Shown here: positions 28,126-37,960 of the stretch, piece after piece
Position numbering within the stretch: the first letter of the stretch is position 1
How the letters are laid out: every line of letters starts with the position of its first letter
NCBI GenBank assembly: GCA_964400165.1
Contig: CAYNSX010000008.1
Location: 91-64,090, forward strand
Direction: 5' to 3'
DNA from: an uncultured bacterium
Lineage (GTDB): Bacteria; Armatimonadota; Hebobacteria; CAYNSX01
Length of the DNA stretch: 64,000 bases
Position numbers and translations under genes: made by a program
Notes under the pieces: generated by a model
Databases searched by the model: none
What the model saw: only the letters and a program-made list of their open reading frames with translations
Told to the model about the DNA's origin: nothing

Positions 28126-29481
28126 ATGACTTACCGCGACGCCGCCGCGTACCTCGCCTCGCTGGTGGACTATGAGCGGCGCCCGCCGACCGTCCCCGGC
28201 CGCGACTTCAATCTCGACCGCATGCGCCGCCTGCTTGGGTTGGCGGGCAACCCGCACCAGCGCCTGCGGGCGCTGCACATCGCCGGCACGAAGGGGAAGG
28301 GCTCGACGGCGGCGATGACTGCCGCCATCCTGACCGCAGCGGGCTATCGCACCGGCCTCTACACCTCGCCGCACCTGGTGGACTTCCGCGAACGCATCCG
28401 TGTCGACGACGCAATGATCCCGCGGGCCGCGGTGGCGCGATGGGTGCAGCGCATCCGGCCGTGGCTGGAGTGTTTGCGCGACAGCCCGGTCGGCAAGCCG
28501 ACTTTCTTTGAGGCCTATACGCTGCTGGCGTTTTGTTACTTCGTCGAGGCGGGGACGGACTTCGCCGTGCTCGAGGTCGGCCTGGGCGGCCGGCTCGATG
28601 CGACGAATGTGGTGACGCCGGTGGCGTGCGCCATCACCGCGCTCGGCCTCGATCACACGAACCTGCTCGGCGGCACGATCGAACAGATCGCCGCCGAGAA
28701 GGGCGGCATCATCAAGCCGGGTGTGCCGGTCGTGCTGGCGCCGCATCCCCCGGCGGCGCGGGCGGTGCTGCGCCGGCAAGCGAAAGAGCGCGCGGCGCCG
28801 GTCGTGACGGTGCGCCGCGGCCGCGTCAGCGGCCGCCCAAGTGGGCGGTCCGTTGTTATCGAGCCGCTGCCGAGCAACGCGATCGGCACGCGCTTCAATT
28901 TGCGCGGGCTGCTAGACACCTATCGCGGGCTGCGCGTGGCCCTCGGCGGCGAGCACCAAGCGCTGAACGCGGCGGTGGCCGTCACACTGGCCGAACTGGC
29001 CACTCGTGGCGACCGGCCGGTGACTCCGGCCGCAGTGCGCCGCGGGCTGGCGGCGGTGCAGTGGCCGGGGCGCCTGCAGGTCGTCCAGCGCCGCCCGACA
29101 GTGGTGCTCGATGCGGCGCACGACGCGCTGTCGGCGCGGCTCCTGGCGCGGTCGCTGCGCGCACTGTTTCGGTGGCGACGGCTGATGCTGGTCGTCGGGA
29201 TGTCAGCGGAAAAGGACGCGGCGGCGTTCCTGCGCGCGCTGGCGCCGCTCGCGGACGAAATCATTTGCACGGCTGCAGACACGCCACGCGCATTGTCGCC
29301 GGACGCGCTCGGCACGCTGGTCACGCGTCACGGAGTTCCGTGGCGTTCCGTGCCGAATGTGCGTGACGCCGTGCGCGCCGCGGTGCAGTTAGCGGGGCGC
29401 GGCGATGTCGTGTGCGTGACGGCGTCGGTGTATGTGGTGGGCGAGGCGCTGCGGGCGTTGCGGCGGACGGCTACTGCGTGA
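28126..29481 (+). CDS. folC: Folylpolyglutamate synthase / dihydrofolate synthase
   Basis: Mur-ligase P-loop HIAGTKGKGST. Confidence 0.9.
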   Translation: MTYRDAAAYLASLVDYERRPPTVPGRDFNLDRMRRLLGLAGNPHQRLRALHIAGTKGKGSTAAMTAAILTAAGYRTGLYTSPHLVDFRERIRVDDAMIPRAAVARWVQRIRPWLECLRDSPVGKPTFFEAYTLLAFCYFVEAGTDFAVLEVGLGGRLDATNVVTPVACAITALGLDHTNLLGGTIEQIAAEKGGIIKPGVPVVLAPHPPAARAVLRRQAKERAAPVVTVRRGRVSGRPSGRSVVIEPLPSNAIGTRFNLRGLLDTYRGLRVALGGEHQALNAAVAVTLAELATRGDRPVTPAAVRRGLAAVQWPGRLQVVQRRPTVVLDAAHDALSARLLARSLRALFRWRRLMLVVGMSAEKDAAAFLRALAPLADEIICTAADTPRALSPDALGTLVTRHGVPWRSVPNVRDAVRAAVQLAGRGDVVCVTASVYVVGEALRALRRTATA

Positions 29482-30073
29482 GGGCGTCGGGGCGCAGGCG
29501 GCGAGCGCCGGCGAACGATCGCCCATAGTAAGCGTCGCTCAACGAATCAATCGTGACGCCGCGGTGAGTGGAGGCGTGGACGAAGCTGTCGCCGCCGAGG
29601 TAGATGCCAATATGCGAGACGGCGCCGCCGCGCAGCCGGAAGAAGACCAGGTCACCGGCCTGGCGCTCGGCGGCGCCGATCGGCTCGGAAATCGCCCAGA
29701 ATTCGTGCACGGTGCGCGGGGCATCGAGGTGCTGCGCGGTCAAGACGCGGCGCACGAGGCCGGAACAATCAATGCCGCGGCGGGTCAGGCCGCCATAGCG
29801 GTAGCGGACGCCGAGGTAGCCCCACGCTTCAGCCACCAGCTGCCCGCGGGCGACAGCGCCGAGATCTTCGGCGCCCTGCGTTTGGTCGGACAGTGACGGT
29901 TGCGTGCCGAGGTTGAGCGCGGCGATGCGGGCCGCGACCGGGTCTTCATGACTGGCGACCAGGGTCGGGACGACGCCGAATCGCTGCGGCGCGCCTGCCG
30001 GCAATGCCACCGCCAACAGGAGCAGGGCGCTAAGGAATTGGCTAAACCGAGGGATGGTCAGTGTACGCCGCAC
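29471..30073 (-). CDS. NlpC/P60 (C40) family cell-wall peptidase, secreted
   Basis: YRYGG..GIDCSGLV catalytic Cys motif. Signal peptide. Confidence 0.85.
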   Translation of the reverse strand: MRRTLTIPRFSQFLSALLLLAVALPAGAPQRFGVVPTLVASHEDPVAARIAALNLGTQPSLSDQTQGAEDLGAVARGQLVAEAWGYLGVRYRYGGLTRRGIDCSGLVRRVLTAQHLDAPRTVHEFWAISEPIGAAERQAGDLVFFRLRGGAVSHIGIYLGGDSFVHASTHRGVTIDSLSDAYYGRSFAGARRLRPDALTQ

Positions 30074-30217
30074 GAGTGAGGGTCCCAGCGCCAGCGAGGC
30101 CCAGCGCCCCGCTGCCTATCTCCACTTCCGAGTGTAGGGAGGCATTCCACATCTGTCAACCCAAATCGCTAAGCGCTTGCTCTCCAATGCCTTGTTCTGG
30201 GTATACTGCGGACATTC

Positions 30218-31111
30218 TTGTTCGAAAGGACAGCGATGACCGACGCGATGGCAGCACTGACGGCGCGCCTCGAGCGCGTCGAGCGGGAGAACCGGCGGTG
30301 GAAGCGCGTGGGCGGCGCGGCGTTTCTGATTGTGACCTCGGCCATCTTCATGGCGTCGAGCAGTGTGCCGGACTTGGTGGAGGCCCAGCAGTTCCAGTTG
30401 CGGGATTCCGACAACCGGGTGCGCGCCATCCTGGGCGCGTCGGCGGGCGGACCGATTTTCGACCTGCGCGATGTGAATGGCAAAGTGCGGGCGCGCCTGG
30501 GCTTGGATGACGACGGACCCGATATGACCTTTTACGACGCGGCGGGCGAAGTGCGCGTGCAAGTCGCCGCGACCGGCACCGGCACCTGGGTGAACCTCTC
30601 GGACGACAACGGCGATGTCCGGGCGTCGATGAGCATGGATGAGCAGCCCTGGATGGGCCTGTTCGACGACGCCGGCAACGAGCGGGTGCAGATCGAAATC
30701 GCCGACAACGGCCCGCATGTCTCGTTGCGCGATACGAACAAACGCGAGCGCCTGCAAGTGCAGCTGTCCGACGACGGGCCGTTCATCCTCTACCGCGATG
30801 CGGACGGGAAGACGCGCCTGATGCTCAACTTGGACGACACCGGCCCCGACTTGAGTCTGCGCGATACCGCCGGGGAAGTCCGCGCGCAAATGGCGCTGGG
30901 CGCAAGCAGCGAATGGTTCGGATTGTATGACGCCGCGGGCAAGCGCCAGGCGACGATGTCGGTCGGCTCCGCGGGCGCCGGCGTGCAGATTTACGACAAG
31001 AGCGAAAACCGCCGCGGCGCGTTCTTGTATGCGGACGACGGCACACCGATCTTGCGGCTGCTCGGCACCGACGGCAAACCGATTTACGAGTCGCCGACGA
31101 AATCGCAGTAA
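30218..31111 (+). CDS. Membrane-anchored repeat protein with ~10 tandem ~20-aa repeats (LRD..G..R..L.LDDDGP)
   Basis: N-terminal coiled segment plus TM (AAFLIVTSAIFMASS). Repeats visible by eye. Confidence 0.6.
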   Translation: MFERTAMTDAMAALTARLERVERENRRWKRVGGAAFLIVTSAIFMASSSVPDLVEAQQFQLRDSDNRVRAILGASAGGPIFDLRDVNGKVRARLGLDDDGPDMTFYDAAGEVRVQVAATGTGTWVNLSDDNGDVRASMSMDEQPWMGLFDDAGNERVQIEIADNGPHVSLRDTNKRERLQVQLSDDGPFILYRDADGKTRLMLNLDDTGPDLSLRDTAGEVRAQMALGASSEWFGLYDAAGKRQATMSVGSAGAGVQIYDKSENRRGAFLYADDGTPILRLLGTDGKPIYESPTKSQ

Positions 31112-31150
31112 CGAATCGGCAGTCGGCAGAGAATCAGCAGCAAATGAACG

Positions 31151-31185
31151 AGACCCCGGGCGAGTCGCTCGGGGTCTTTCGTTCG
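31151..31185. terminator. Bidirectional terminator hairpin (agaccccg...cggggtct) between the convergent repeat-protein gene and valS
   Basis: Imperfect palindrome flanked by T-rich tracts on both strands. Confidence 0.45.
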
Positions 31186-31186
31186 T

Positions 31187-33961
31187 TCAGTCCGCGGCGA
31201 GTTCCTGGAGTCGGTGCTGCAACGCGGCGACGCGTTCCTCCGCTTCGACGCGCTGCGCTTCCGTCTTAGCGCGCACGGCCTCGGGCGCTCGCTCGCTGAA
31301 CTTCGGGTCGGCGAGGCGCGCCGTCAGTGAGTCCAGCCACGCCCGCCCGGTGGCCAAGTCCTTTTCAATCCGGGCGCGCTCGCCGGCGCGCTCTTCTGGT
31401 GACAGGCGCAAGTCAAGCGCGACGCGCACGACGCCGGTCGCGGTGGCCACTTCCTGCGCCGGCGCGTCGGCGGCGAGATCGCCGGCGGCCACGACGCGCA
31501 GGTCTTCGATCTGGGCAAGGCGGCGGAGCGGGGCGCGGTAGCGGGTGACGCTGTCGCCCAGCACGCTGTCGCCGCCCGCCAGCAGGGCCGACGGCTTGCC
31601 GGCGCCCGCGGCCTCGACGCGCAGCCGCCGAACGGCCTCGACGACGGCAATCAGATCACGCAGCGCCTGGTCGGCGGCGGGGTCGTGCCAGTCGGCGGGC
31701 GGCTGCGGCCAGGCGGCGAGCATCACGCTGGCCGGCGCGCCCGTTGCCCGCGGCAGGCGCTGCCACAGTTCCTCGGTGACAAAGGGCATCAGCGGGTGTA
31801 GCAACCGCAGGACCGTGTCGAGCGCGGTGTAGAGCGTCCAGCGGGTCGCGTCGGCGGTGGCGGGATCGCGCAGCGGCTCCTTGCTCAATTCGACATACCA
31901 GTCGCAGAACTCGCTCCACACAAACTGATAGAGCAGTTGCGCCACCGACGACAGCCGCGACTCGGCGAGCGCCGCGTCGACTTCCGCACACACCGCGTGC
32001 AAGCGGCTCAACATCCAGCGGTCGTGCAACGGCAGCGGACCGCTCGGGCGCGTCGGCGCGGCGTCACCGAGATGGGGCAGCGCGAAGCGCGTCGCGTTCC
32101 AGAGTTTGTTGGCGAAGTGCCTGCCCTCGGCGCACTTGTCTTCGTCGAAGCGGACATCCTGCGCCGGCCCGCTCTGCAGCGCGACGCCGAAGCGCAACCC
32201 GTCGGTGCCGTACTGCCCGGCGAGCGCGATCGGCTCGACGCCCGTGCCGAGCGACTTCGACATCCGCCGGCCTTCGATGGTCTGAATGGTCGGGTGCACG
32301 ATGACCTGCCAGAACGGCAGGCGGGCGTCCTCGGCGCGGTCGGTCAGCATGTGCAACCCCATCATCACCATCCGCACCACCCAAAGAAAGAGAATCTGCC
32401 GGTCGGTGATGAGCACATTCGTCGGATAGAAATAGGCGAGGTCGGGCGTGCGCTCCGGCCAGCCCAGCACCGCGAACGGCCACAGCGCCGACGAAAACCA
32501 GGTGTCGAGGACATCGGGGTCTTGCTCGATGTCGCCTTGCGCGGCGGCGTCGGCGCAAGTCGGGCAGCGGGGTTCGCCCTTAATCTGGCACCACTCGTGG
32601 CCTTGCGCGCAGTGATAGATGGGCAGGCGATAGCCCCACCACAGTTGCCGAGAAATCGGCCAATCGCGGATGCCGTCGAGCCAGTCGAGCGTCTGCGCAG
32701 CGTAGCGGTCGGGAATGTACTTGATGCGGCCATCGGCGATGGGCGCCCGCGCCGCGGCGGCCATCTCCTTCATTCGGCAGTACCACTGCGTGGTGAGAAG
32801 CGGCTCGATGACGGTGTCGCAGCGATCGCAATGGCCGAGACTGACGGGATACGGCTCCGTCTTCTCCAGCAAGCCCTGCGCCTCGAGGTCGGCGACGACG
32901 CGCTTGCGGGCATCGAAGCGGTCGATCCCCGCGTAGGGGCCGGCGTGTTCGGTCATGGCGCCGTCGCGCCCGATGACGCGCAGCACGGAGGGCGTGTCGC
33001 GCTCGCCGCCTTTCACCAGCGCGGCGTCACTCGGATACGGCCACAGACCGTGCCGCGACGCGATCTCGTAGTCGGTGGCGTCATGGACGGGCGTCACCTT
33101 CAGCGCGCCGGTGCCGAAAGCGGGATCCACATCGGCGTCGGCAATGATGGGCAGTTCGGCGTCGCGCCAGGTGACCAGCGGCAACCGCACGCGCCGCCCG
33201 ATCACCTGCGTGTAGCGTTCGTCCTTCGGGTTCACCGCCACGGCGATGTCGCCGAGCATCGTCTCCGGGCGGGTCGTCGCCACGATGACGGCGCCGTCGC
33301 CGTCCGCGAACGGGTAGCGGATGAAATACAGCCGCCCGTTCGGCTCGTCGCGGTGCCGCACTTCGAGGTCGGACAGAATGCTGCGGCAGCCCGGGCACCA
33401 ATTGCCGACGCGTTCGCCGCGATAGATGTAGCCGTCGTCATACAACCGCTTGAACGCGGTGTGGACCGCCGTCGCGTACCCCGAGTCCATCGTGAAACGG
33501 GTGCCCTTGATGGTGTTCTCGAAGGGCTGCGGGCGCCAGTCATACGAGCAGCCGAGCGCCCGCCATTGCCCGTGAATGGCGCCGCCGTACTTATGAGTCC
33601 ACTCCCAGCATTTGGCGATGAAGCCCGCGCGCCCGATGGCGTCTTTGGTGATGCCGTCCTGCGCCAGCCATTTCACCACCTGGCGTTCGGTGGCGATGCC
33701 GGCGTGGTCGCAGCCGGGGACGACGCGCACGACCGCGCCCTGCATCCGGCGCCAGCGGGCGAGGACATCGTGGACCAGGTGATTGACCGCGTGCCCCATG
33801 TGAAGCTCGGCGGTGACATTCGGGGGCGGCACGGTGATGCAGAAGCGCTTCGGATTCTTGGGGTCGGGGTCGCCCCAGAAGTAGCCGCGCGCCTCCCACT
33901 CGCCGTACCAGTGCTGTTCGACTGCCTGCGGGTCATACGCTTTCGGGAATTCGGCGGCCAT
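31187..33961 (-). CDS. valS: Valyl-tRNA synthetase
   Basis: Start MAAEFPKAYDPQAVEQHWY, HMGH and KMSKS motifs, C-terminal coiled coil. The upstream in-frame extension in the track is an artefact. Confidence 0.95.
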   Translation of the reverse strand: MAAEFPKAYDPQAVEQHWYGEWEARGYFWGDPDPKNPKRFCITVPPPNVTAELHMGHAVNHLVHDVLARWRRMQGAVVRVVPGCDHAGIATERQVVKWLAQDGITKDAIGRAGFIAKCWEWTHKYGGAIHGQWRALGCSYDWRPQPFENTIKGTRFTMDSGYATAVHTAFKRLYDDGYIYRGERVGNWCPGCRSILSDLEVRHRDEPNGRLYFIRYPFADGDGAVIVATTRPETMLGDIAVAVNPKDERYTQVIGRRVRLPLVTWRDAELPIIADADVDPAFGTGALKVTPVHDATDYEIASRHGLWPYPSDAALVKGGERDTPSVLRVIGRDGAMTEHAGPYAGIDRFDARKRVVADLEAQGLLEKTEPYPVSLGHCDRCDTVIEPLLTTQWYCRMKEMAAAARAPIADGRIKYIPDRYAAQTLDWLDGIRDWPISRQLWWGYRLPIYHCAQGHEWCQIKGEPRCPTCADAAAQGDIEQDPDVLDTWFSSALWPFAVLGWPERTPDLAYFYPTNVLITDRQILFLWVVRMVMMGLHMLTDRAEDARLPFWQVIVHPTIQTIEGRRMSKSLGTGVEPIALAGQYGTDGLRFGVALQSGPAQDVRFDEDKCAEGRHFANKLWNATRFALPHLGDAAPTRPSGPLPLHDRWMLSRLHAVCAEVDAALAESRLSSVAQLLYQFVWSEFCDWYVELSKEPLRDPATADATRWTLYTALDTVLRLLHPLMPFVTEELWQRLPRATGAPASVMLAAWPQPPADWHDPAADQALRDLIAVVEAVRRLRVEAAGAGKPSALLAGGDSVLGDSVTRYRAPLRRLAQIEDLRVVAAGDLAADAPAQEVATATGVVRVALDLRLSPEERAGERARIEKDLATGRAWLDSLTARLADPKFSERAPEAVRAKTEAQRVEAEERVAALQHRLQELAAD

Positions 33962-34152
33962 GGGAAAAGTGATTGTATCGGGATAGGTGTGAGGTGTCAC
34001 GGCAAACGGGAAGAGCACTGTGAAGTCGGCTCGTCGGTCGTGGGAAAGTCGGTGGTCGGGTCGTCGGACACCTCGGCCCCCATTTCCCAACGCTCCTACG
34101 ACCCCACGACCCCACGACCGCTTGTTCCCGCCTCCCTGCCTCCCCGGTCTCT

Positions 34153-35403
34153 CTATCCAGCGAACAACGGATAAGTGCTGCACAATTCGCGCACTTCGGC
34201 GGCGGTGTGCGTGATCAGCGTCGCATCCTGCGGGGCGCGACAGATGGCGGCGATACGCTCGGCGGCCCACTGCATTTCGGCGACTCCCATCCCGCGCGTG
34301 GTGACGGCGGCGGGTCCGAGGCGCAGCGCGTGCATGGGAATGTCCCACGATTCGTTCGGCAGCGGCAGGCCGTTCGACAGGATGCCGGCGCGGGCGAGCG
34401 CCCGCTCGACCGTCATCGCATCGACTCGCAGCGGGCGCAGGTCGCCCATCAGCAGGTGCGTCTCGGTGCCGCCCCAGGCGAGCGGGATGCCGTTCGCTTG
34501 CAGCGCCTCGCCCAGGGCGCGGCAGTTGGCCAGGACACGCTCCATATAGGAGCGGAAGTCGATCGTCATTGCCTCGCCGAAGCAGGCGGCCTTGGCGGCG
34601 ATGACATGCATCGGCGGGCCGCCCTGGATGCCGGGCGCCATCGCGGCGTCAATGCGCTCGGCGAACTGGCCCCGGCAGAGAATGAGGCCGCCGCGCGGGC
34701 CGCGGAGGGTCTTGTGGGTGGTGAAGGTGAGGACATCGCAATATGGCACCGGGTCGGGATGCAGGCCGGTGCAGATGAGGCCGCCGAGGTGCGCGACATC
34801 GCCGAGGAGCAGCGCGCCGACCTCGTCGGCGAGCACGCGCCAGGGCGCCGGGTCGTACTTTGGCGGATACCACGAGTAACCGATGCAAATGATCTTCGGC
34901 TTGTGCTGCAGCGCGGCGGCGCGGGCGGCGCCGAGGTCGAGCAGCCAGGTCTCCGGATGCAGTTCGTATTCAGCACGGCGGTAGAGTTGCGCGGTCAGGT
35001 TGCCTTCGAGCGCGTGCGAGTAGTGCCCGCCCTGAAAGCGCTGCAGTGTCAGGATAGTGTCGCCCGGCTTGAGCAGGGCCGAAAAGCAGACGAGGTTGGC
35101 GACGGCGCCGGTAGCGGGCTGGACATTAGCGTGTTCGGCCCCGAAGAGGCGGCAAGCGCGGGCGACGGCGAGGCGCTCGATGTCGTCCACGATTTCGCAA
35201 CCGGGATAGTGGCGGTGGCCGGGATAGCCCTCGGCGTATTTGTTGGTGAGGACCGACCCCTGCGCCGCCAGCACCGCCGGGCTGACATAGTTCTCGGAGG
35301 CGATCAAGTTGAAGCAGAGGCGCTGCCGCTCGGCTTCCCGCGCGAGCAGATCGGCGAGTTCCGTGTCGGCGGCGGGCGCGGCGGTGGCGGACTGGGCGTC
35401 CAT
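34153..35403 (-). CDS. glyA: Serine hydroxymethyltransferase (copy 1)
   Basis: LIASENY and TTHKTLRGPRGG PLP-Lys motifs. Start MDAQSATAAP. Confidence 0.95.
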   Translation of the reverse strand: MDAQSATAAPAADTELADLLAREAERQRLCFNLIASENYVSPAVLAAQGSVLTNKYAEGYPGHRHYPGCEIVDDIERLAVARACRLFGAEHANVQPATGAVANLVCFSALLKPGDTILTLQRFQGGHYSHALEGNLTAQLYRRAEYELHPETWLLDLGAARAAALQHKPKIICIGYSWYPPKYDPAPWRVLADEVGALLLGDVAHLGGLICTGLHPDPVPYCDVLTFTTHKTLRGPRGGLILCRGQFAERIDAAMAPGIQGGPPMHVIAAKAACFGEAMTIDFRSYMERVLANCRALGEALQANGIPLAWGGTETHLLMGDLRPLRVDAMTVERALARAGILSNGLPLPNESWDIPMHALRLGPAAVTTRGMGVAEMQWAAERIAAICRAPQDATLITHTAAEVRELCSTYPLFAG

Positions 35404-35432
35404 GGGTACTACTGGTTTCGCTGCGAGGGACG

Positions 35433-35993
35433 CTACTCCTGCGCGGTGGCGAGGAGTCGTTCGAGCAGGGTGGTCAGTCCCAATTCGTTTGACCATTTTT
35501 GGAGATATGCGAGATCGAGCATGCCGGCCTGCACGCGCGCAACCGAGAGCGCATCTGTCCACTGCCGCTCCGATTGCGACTCCGCGTGCCAGCGCAACTT
35601 GGAGAGGATAAGATCTTCGGGCGTGCAGACAAAGGCCTGCGTGTCGAGGAACTCTCGGCGACTTCGCCGAGCAAAGGCTTCTCGATCGTACGCCGTGTCC
35701 GCCACTGGCCAATAGTCCACTTTCAATCCGGTCGGTTGATGGATGGCGTTGAAGAGGTCGCGCTCGCTCACCGCTCGTGCGGCCTCGTTCGAATCGAAAT
35801 AGAAGTCCGAACCAAGCGCCCGGCGTAGCGGTTCGATGGCAGCCGCTTCGAGCGCCACCACAATGTCAAAATCGTGCGTGGCGCGGGAGAGGGACCACGA
35901 ACCGAGCGCGACCCCACCAGTCACCATGTATGGAATGCGACACTCCTCCAGCGCGCGCACCACTACGGCCAGGACTGCGCGCAAATCGTTCAT
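35433..35993 (-). CDS. Nucleotidyltransferase-fold protein (MNT-like GG..A...S..R.T.D.D motif), candidate toxin/antitoxin component
   Basis: TGGVALGSWSLSRATHDFDIVV. 186 aa. ATGA-coupled to the small upstream ORF. Confidence 0.65.
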   Translation of the reverse strand: MNDLRAVLAVVVRALEECRIPYMVTGGVALGSWSLSRATHDFDIVVALEAAAIEPLRRALGSDFYFDSNEAARAVSERDLFNAIHQPTGLKVDYWPVADTAYDREAFARRSRREFLDTQAFVCTPEDLILSKLRWHAESQSERQWTDALSVARVQAGMLDLAYLQKWSNELGLTTLLERLLATAQE

Positions 35994-36220
35994 TTGGACA
36001 GTGAATTCAGCACCTTGGCAGCCATCGGCGCGCCCAGCACTCGCCGCAGGAACTCCGCATGAAACTCTGTTTCAGTGAATTCAGGGTGCTGCTGACGAAT
36101 GCCCTGCATCAGCAATTCCCGGGAAATATCCGACAACTGTGCTGCAAGATCTGCGCGCCGTTCCGGCGTCATCGCGCGGAAGATTTCAATTTGCATCCGT
36201 TCGGCATCGCGGGGGCGCAT
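35990..36220 (-). CDS. Small helical protein (~77-88 aa) translationally coupled to the nucleotidyltransferase. Start uncertain (36220 or 36256)
   Basis: ORF whose stop overlaps the NTase start (ATGA). No recognised motif. Confidence 0.45.
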   Translation of the reverse strand: MRPRDAERMQIEIFRAMTPERRADLAAQLSDISRELLMQGIRQQHPEFTETEFHAEFLRRVLGAPMAAKVLNSLSK

Positions 36221-36260
36221 CGCAATCAGTGTAGGCCGCGCCCGGCGGCGCGGCAATGCG

Positions 36261-37571
36261 CTACGGCGTCACCCACCCGTAGACGGGATGCTGGTCGCAC
36301 AGGGCGCGGGCCTCTTCGCGCACTTCGACGCGGAACTCGGGCCGCTCCGGGTGCTGCAAGACGCGCAGCAGCAGGTCGCCGACCTTGTCCATCTCCGCCT
36401 CGCCGAAGCCGCGCGAGGTGACCGCGGGCGTGCCCGGGCGCAGGCCCATCGGGCGATAGGGCGGGCTGTGGTCGAAGGGCACCGTGTTCTTGTTGACGAA
36501 GATGCCGGCCTCTTCGAGCGCCGCCTGCGCGTCGGCGCCGTTCCAGGGCGTTCCGCACAGGTCCACCAGCATCAAGTGCGTCTCGGTGCCGCCGGTGACG
36601 AGGCGGAAGCCGGCGTCCAGCAGCCGCTGCGCCAGAATTTGGGCGTTGACCAGCACCTGTTCCTGATAGGCGCGGAACTCGGGCATCGCTGCCTCGGCGA
36701 AGCAGACGGCCTTGGCCGCCACCTGGTGCATAAACGGCCCCGCTTGCACGCCCGGGAAGACGGCCCGGTCGATGGCCTCGGCCAGTTCCGGGCGGCAAAG
36801 AATGAAGGCGCCGCGTGGGCCGCGCAGCGTCTTGTGCGTGGTGGCAGTGACGACATCGGCGTAAGGCACCGGGTTCGGGTGCAAGCCAGCGGCGATCAGG
36901 CCGGCGGTGTGCGCAACATCGGCGACCAGGTAGGCGCCGATTTCGTCCGCGAGGTCGCGCCACTCCGCCCAGTCGATCTGCCGCGGATAGGCGCTGTAGC
37001 CGACGACGATCAGCCGCGGCTGCCAGGCATGCGTCAGCGGGCGCACGCTCGCCGCGGTGAAGCGTTCGGCTTCCGGGTCGAGTTGATAGGAGACGACGCC
37101 GTAATAGCGCGACGAGAAGTTCACCCGCGCGCCGTGCGTCAGGTGGCCGCCGTGATTGAGCGCCGGCGCCAGGATGGTGTCGCCGGGCTTGAGCAGCGCG
37201 TAATAGGCAGCCATGTTGGCGAGCGCGCCGGAGAGCGGCTGCACATTGGCGTGCGCAGCGCCGAACAGCGCCCGGCAGCGCTCGACGGCGAGGCGTTCGA
37301 CTTCGTCCACCCAGGTGCAGCCGGGGTAATAGCGATGGCCGGGATAGCCCTCGGCGTATTTGTTGCTCATCACCGAGCCGCTCGCCTCGAGGACAGCGCG
37401 GCTGGCGTAGTTTTCGCTCGGGATCAGGTTGATGCAGTGCTGCTGCCGCTCGCGCTCGCGGCGCAGAGCGGTCGCGAGTTCGTCATCGACTTCAGCCAGC
37501 GGGCGCGCCAGCAGATCCGAGAGGGAAGAGAGCAATGAGTCCACTGCGCAAAGTGTAGCGCCAGCGCGCAC
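36261..37571 (-). CDS. glyA: Serine hydroxymethyltransferase (copy 2, paralog). Exact start uncertain (GTG at 37571 or 37545)
   Basis: LIPSENY and TTHKTLRGPRGA motifs. About two-thirds identical to copy 1 by eye. Confidence 0.9.
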   Translation of the reverse strand: MRAGATLCAVDSLLSSLSDLLARPLAEVDDELATALRRERERQQHCINLIPSENYASRAVLEASGSVMSNKYAEGYPGHRYYPGCTWVDEVERLAVERCRALFGAAHANVQPLSGALANMAAYYALLKPGDTILAPALNHGGHLTHGARVNFSSRYYGVVSYQLDPEAERFTAASVRPLTHAWQPRLIVVGYSAYPRQIDWAEWRDLADEIGAYLVADVAHTAGLIAAGLHPNPVPYADVVTATTHKTLRGPRGAFILCRPELAEAIDRAVFPGVQAGPFMHQVAAKAVCFAEAAMPEFRAYQEQVLVNAQILAQRLLDAGFRLVTGGTETHLMLVDLCGTPWNGADAQAALEEAGIFVNKNTVPFDHSPPYRPMGLRPGTPAVTSRGFGEAEMDKVGDLLLRVLQHPERPEFRVEVREEARALCDQHPVYGWVTP

Positions 37572-37589
37572 GCGCGTTGTGCGCAGGGT

Positions 37590-37960
37590 GTGGAAGAGGG
37601 GCGGTGCGGCGAATCAGTGCTTGAAGTGCCAAACGCCCTTCAGCGCCCTCACCCGCCCGTCGCTGCGCTCCGTGCGCCCTCTCCCTGAAGTGGAGAGGGA
37701 CTACGCATCACCCCTCGGTGCAATCCGACCCTTGTTTCCTCGTTTCCTCGTCTTTGGTCTCTCAATGCTTGAAATGCCTTATGCCCGTCATCACCCTCAC
37801 CCGCCCGTTGCTGCGCGCCGGGCACCCTGCTTCGCCAACGCTTCGCAGGGCAAGCCCTCTCCCTGAAGCGGAGAGGGACAACGCATCATCCCTCGGTACA
37901 ATCTGAACCTTGTTTCCTCGCTTCCTTGTTTCCTCGTCTTTGGTCTTTCAATGTTTGAAG
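37590..37960. repeat. Tandem array (2 full plus 1 partial copy, ~180-bp unit) of the dispersed repeat element. Each unit carries a copy of the purH 3' end (ttgaagtgccttatgcccgtcatcacc) and an inner hairpin ccctctccctgaag(c/t)ggagaggg
   Basis: Direct comparison of 37600-37775 with 37776-37955. The last copy overlaps the purH stop codon. Confidence 0.65.
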
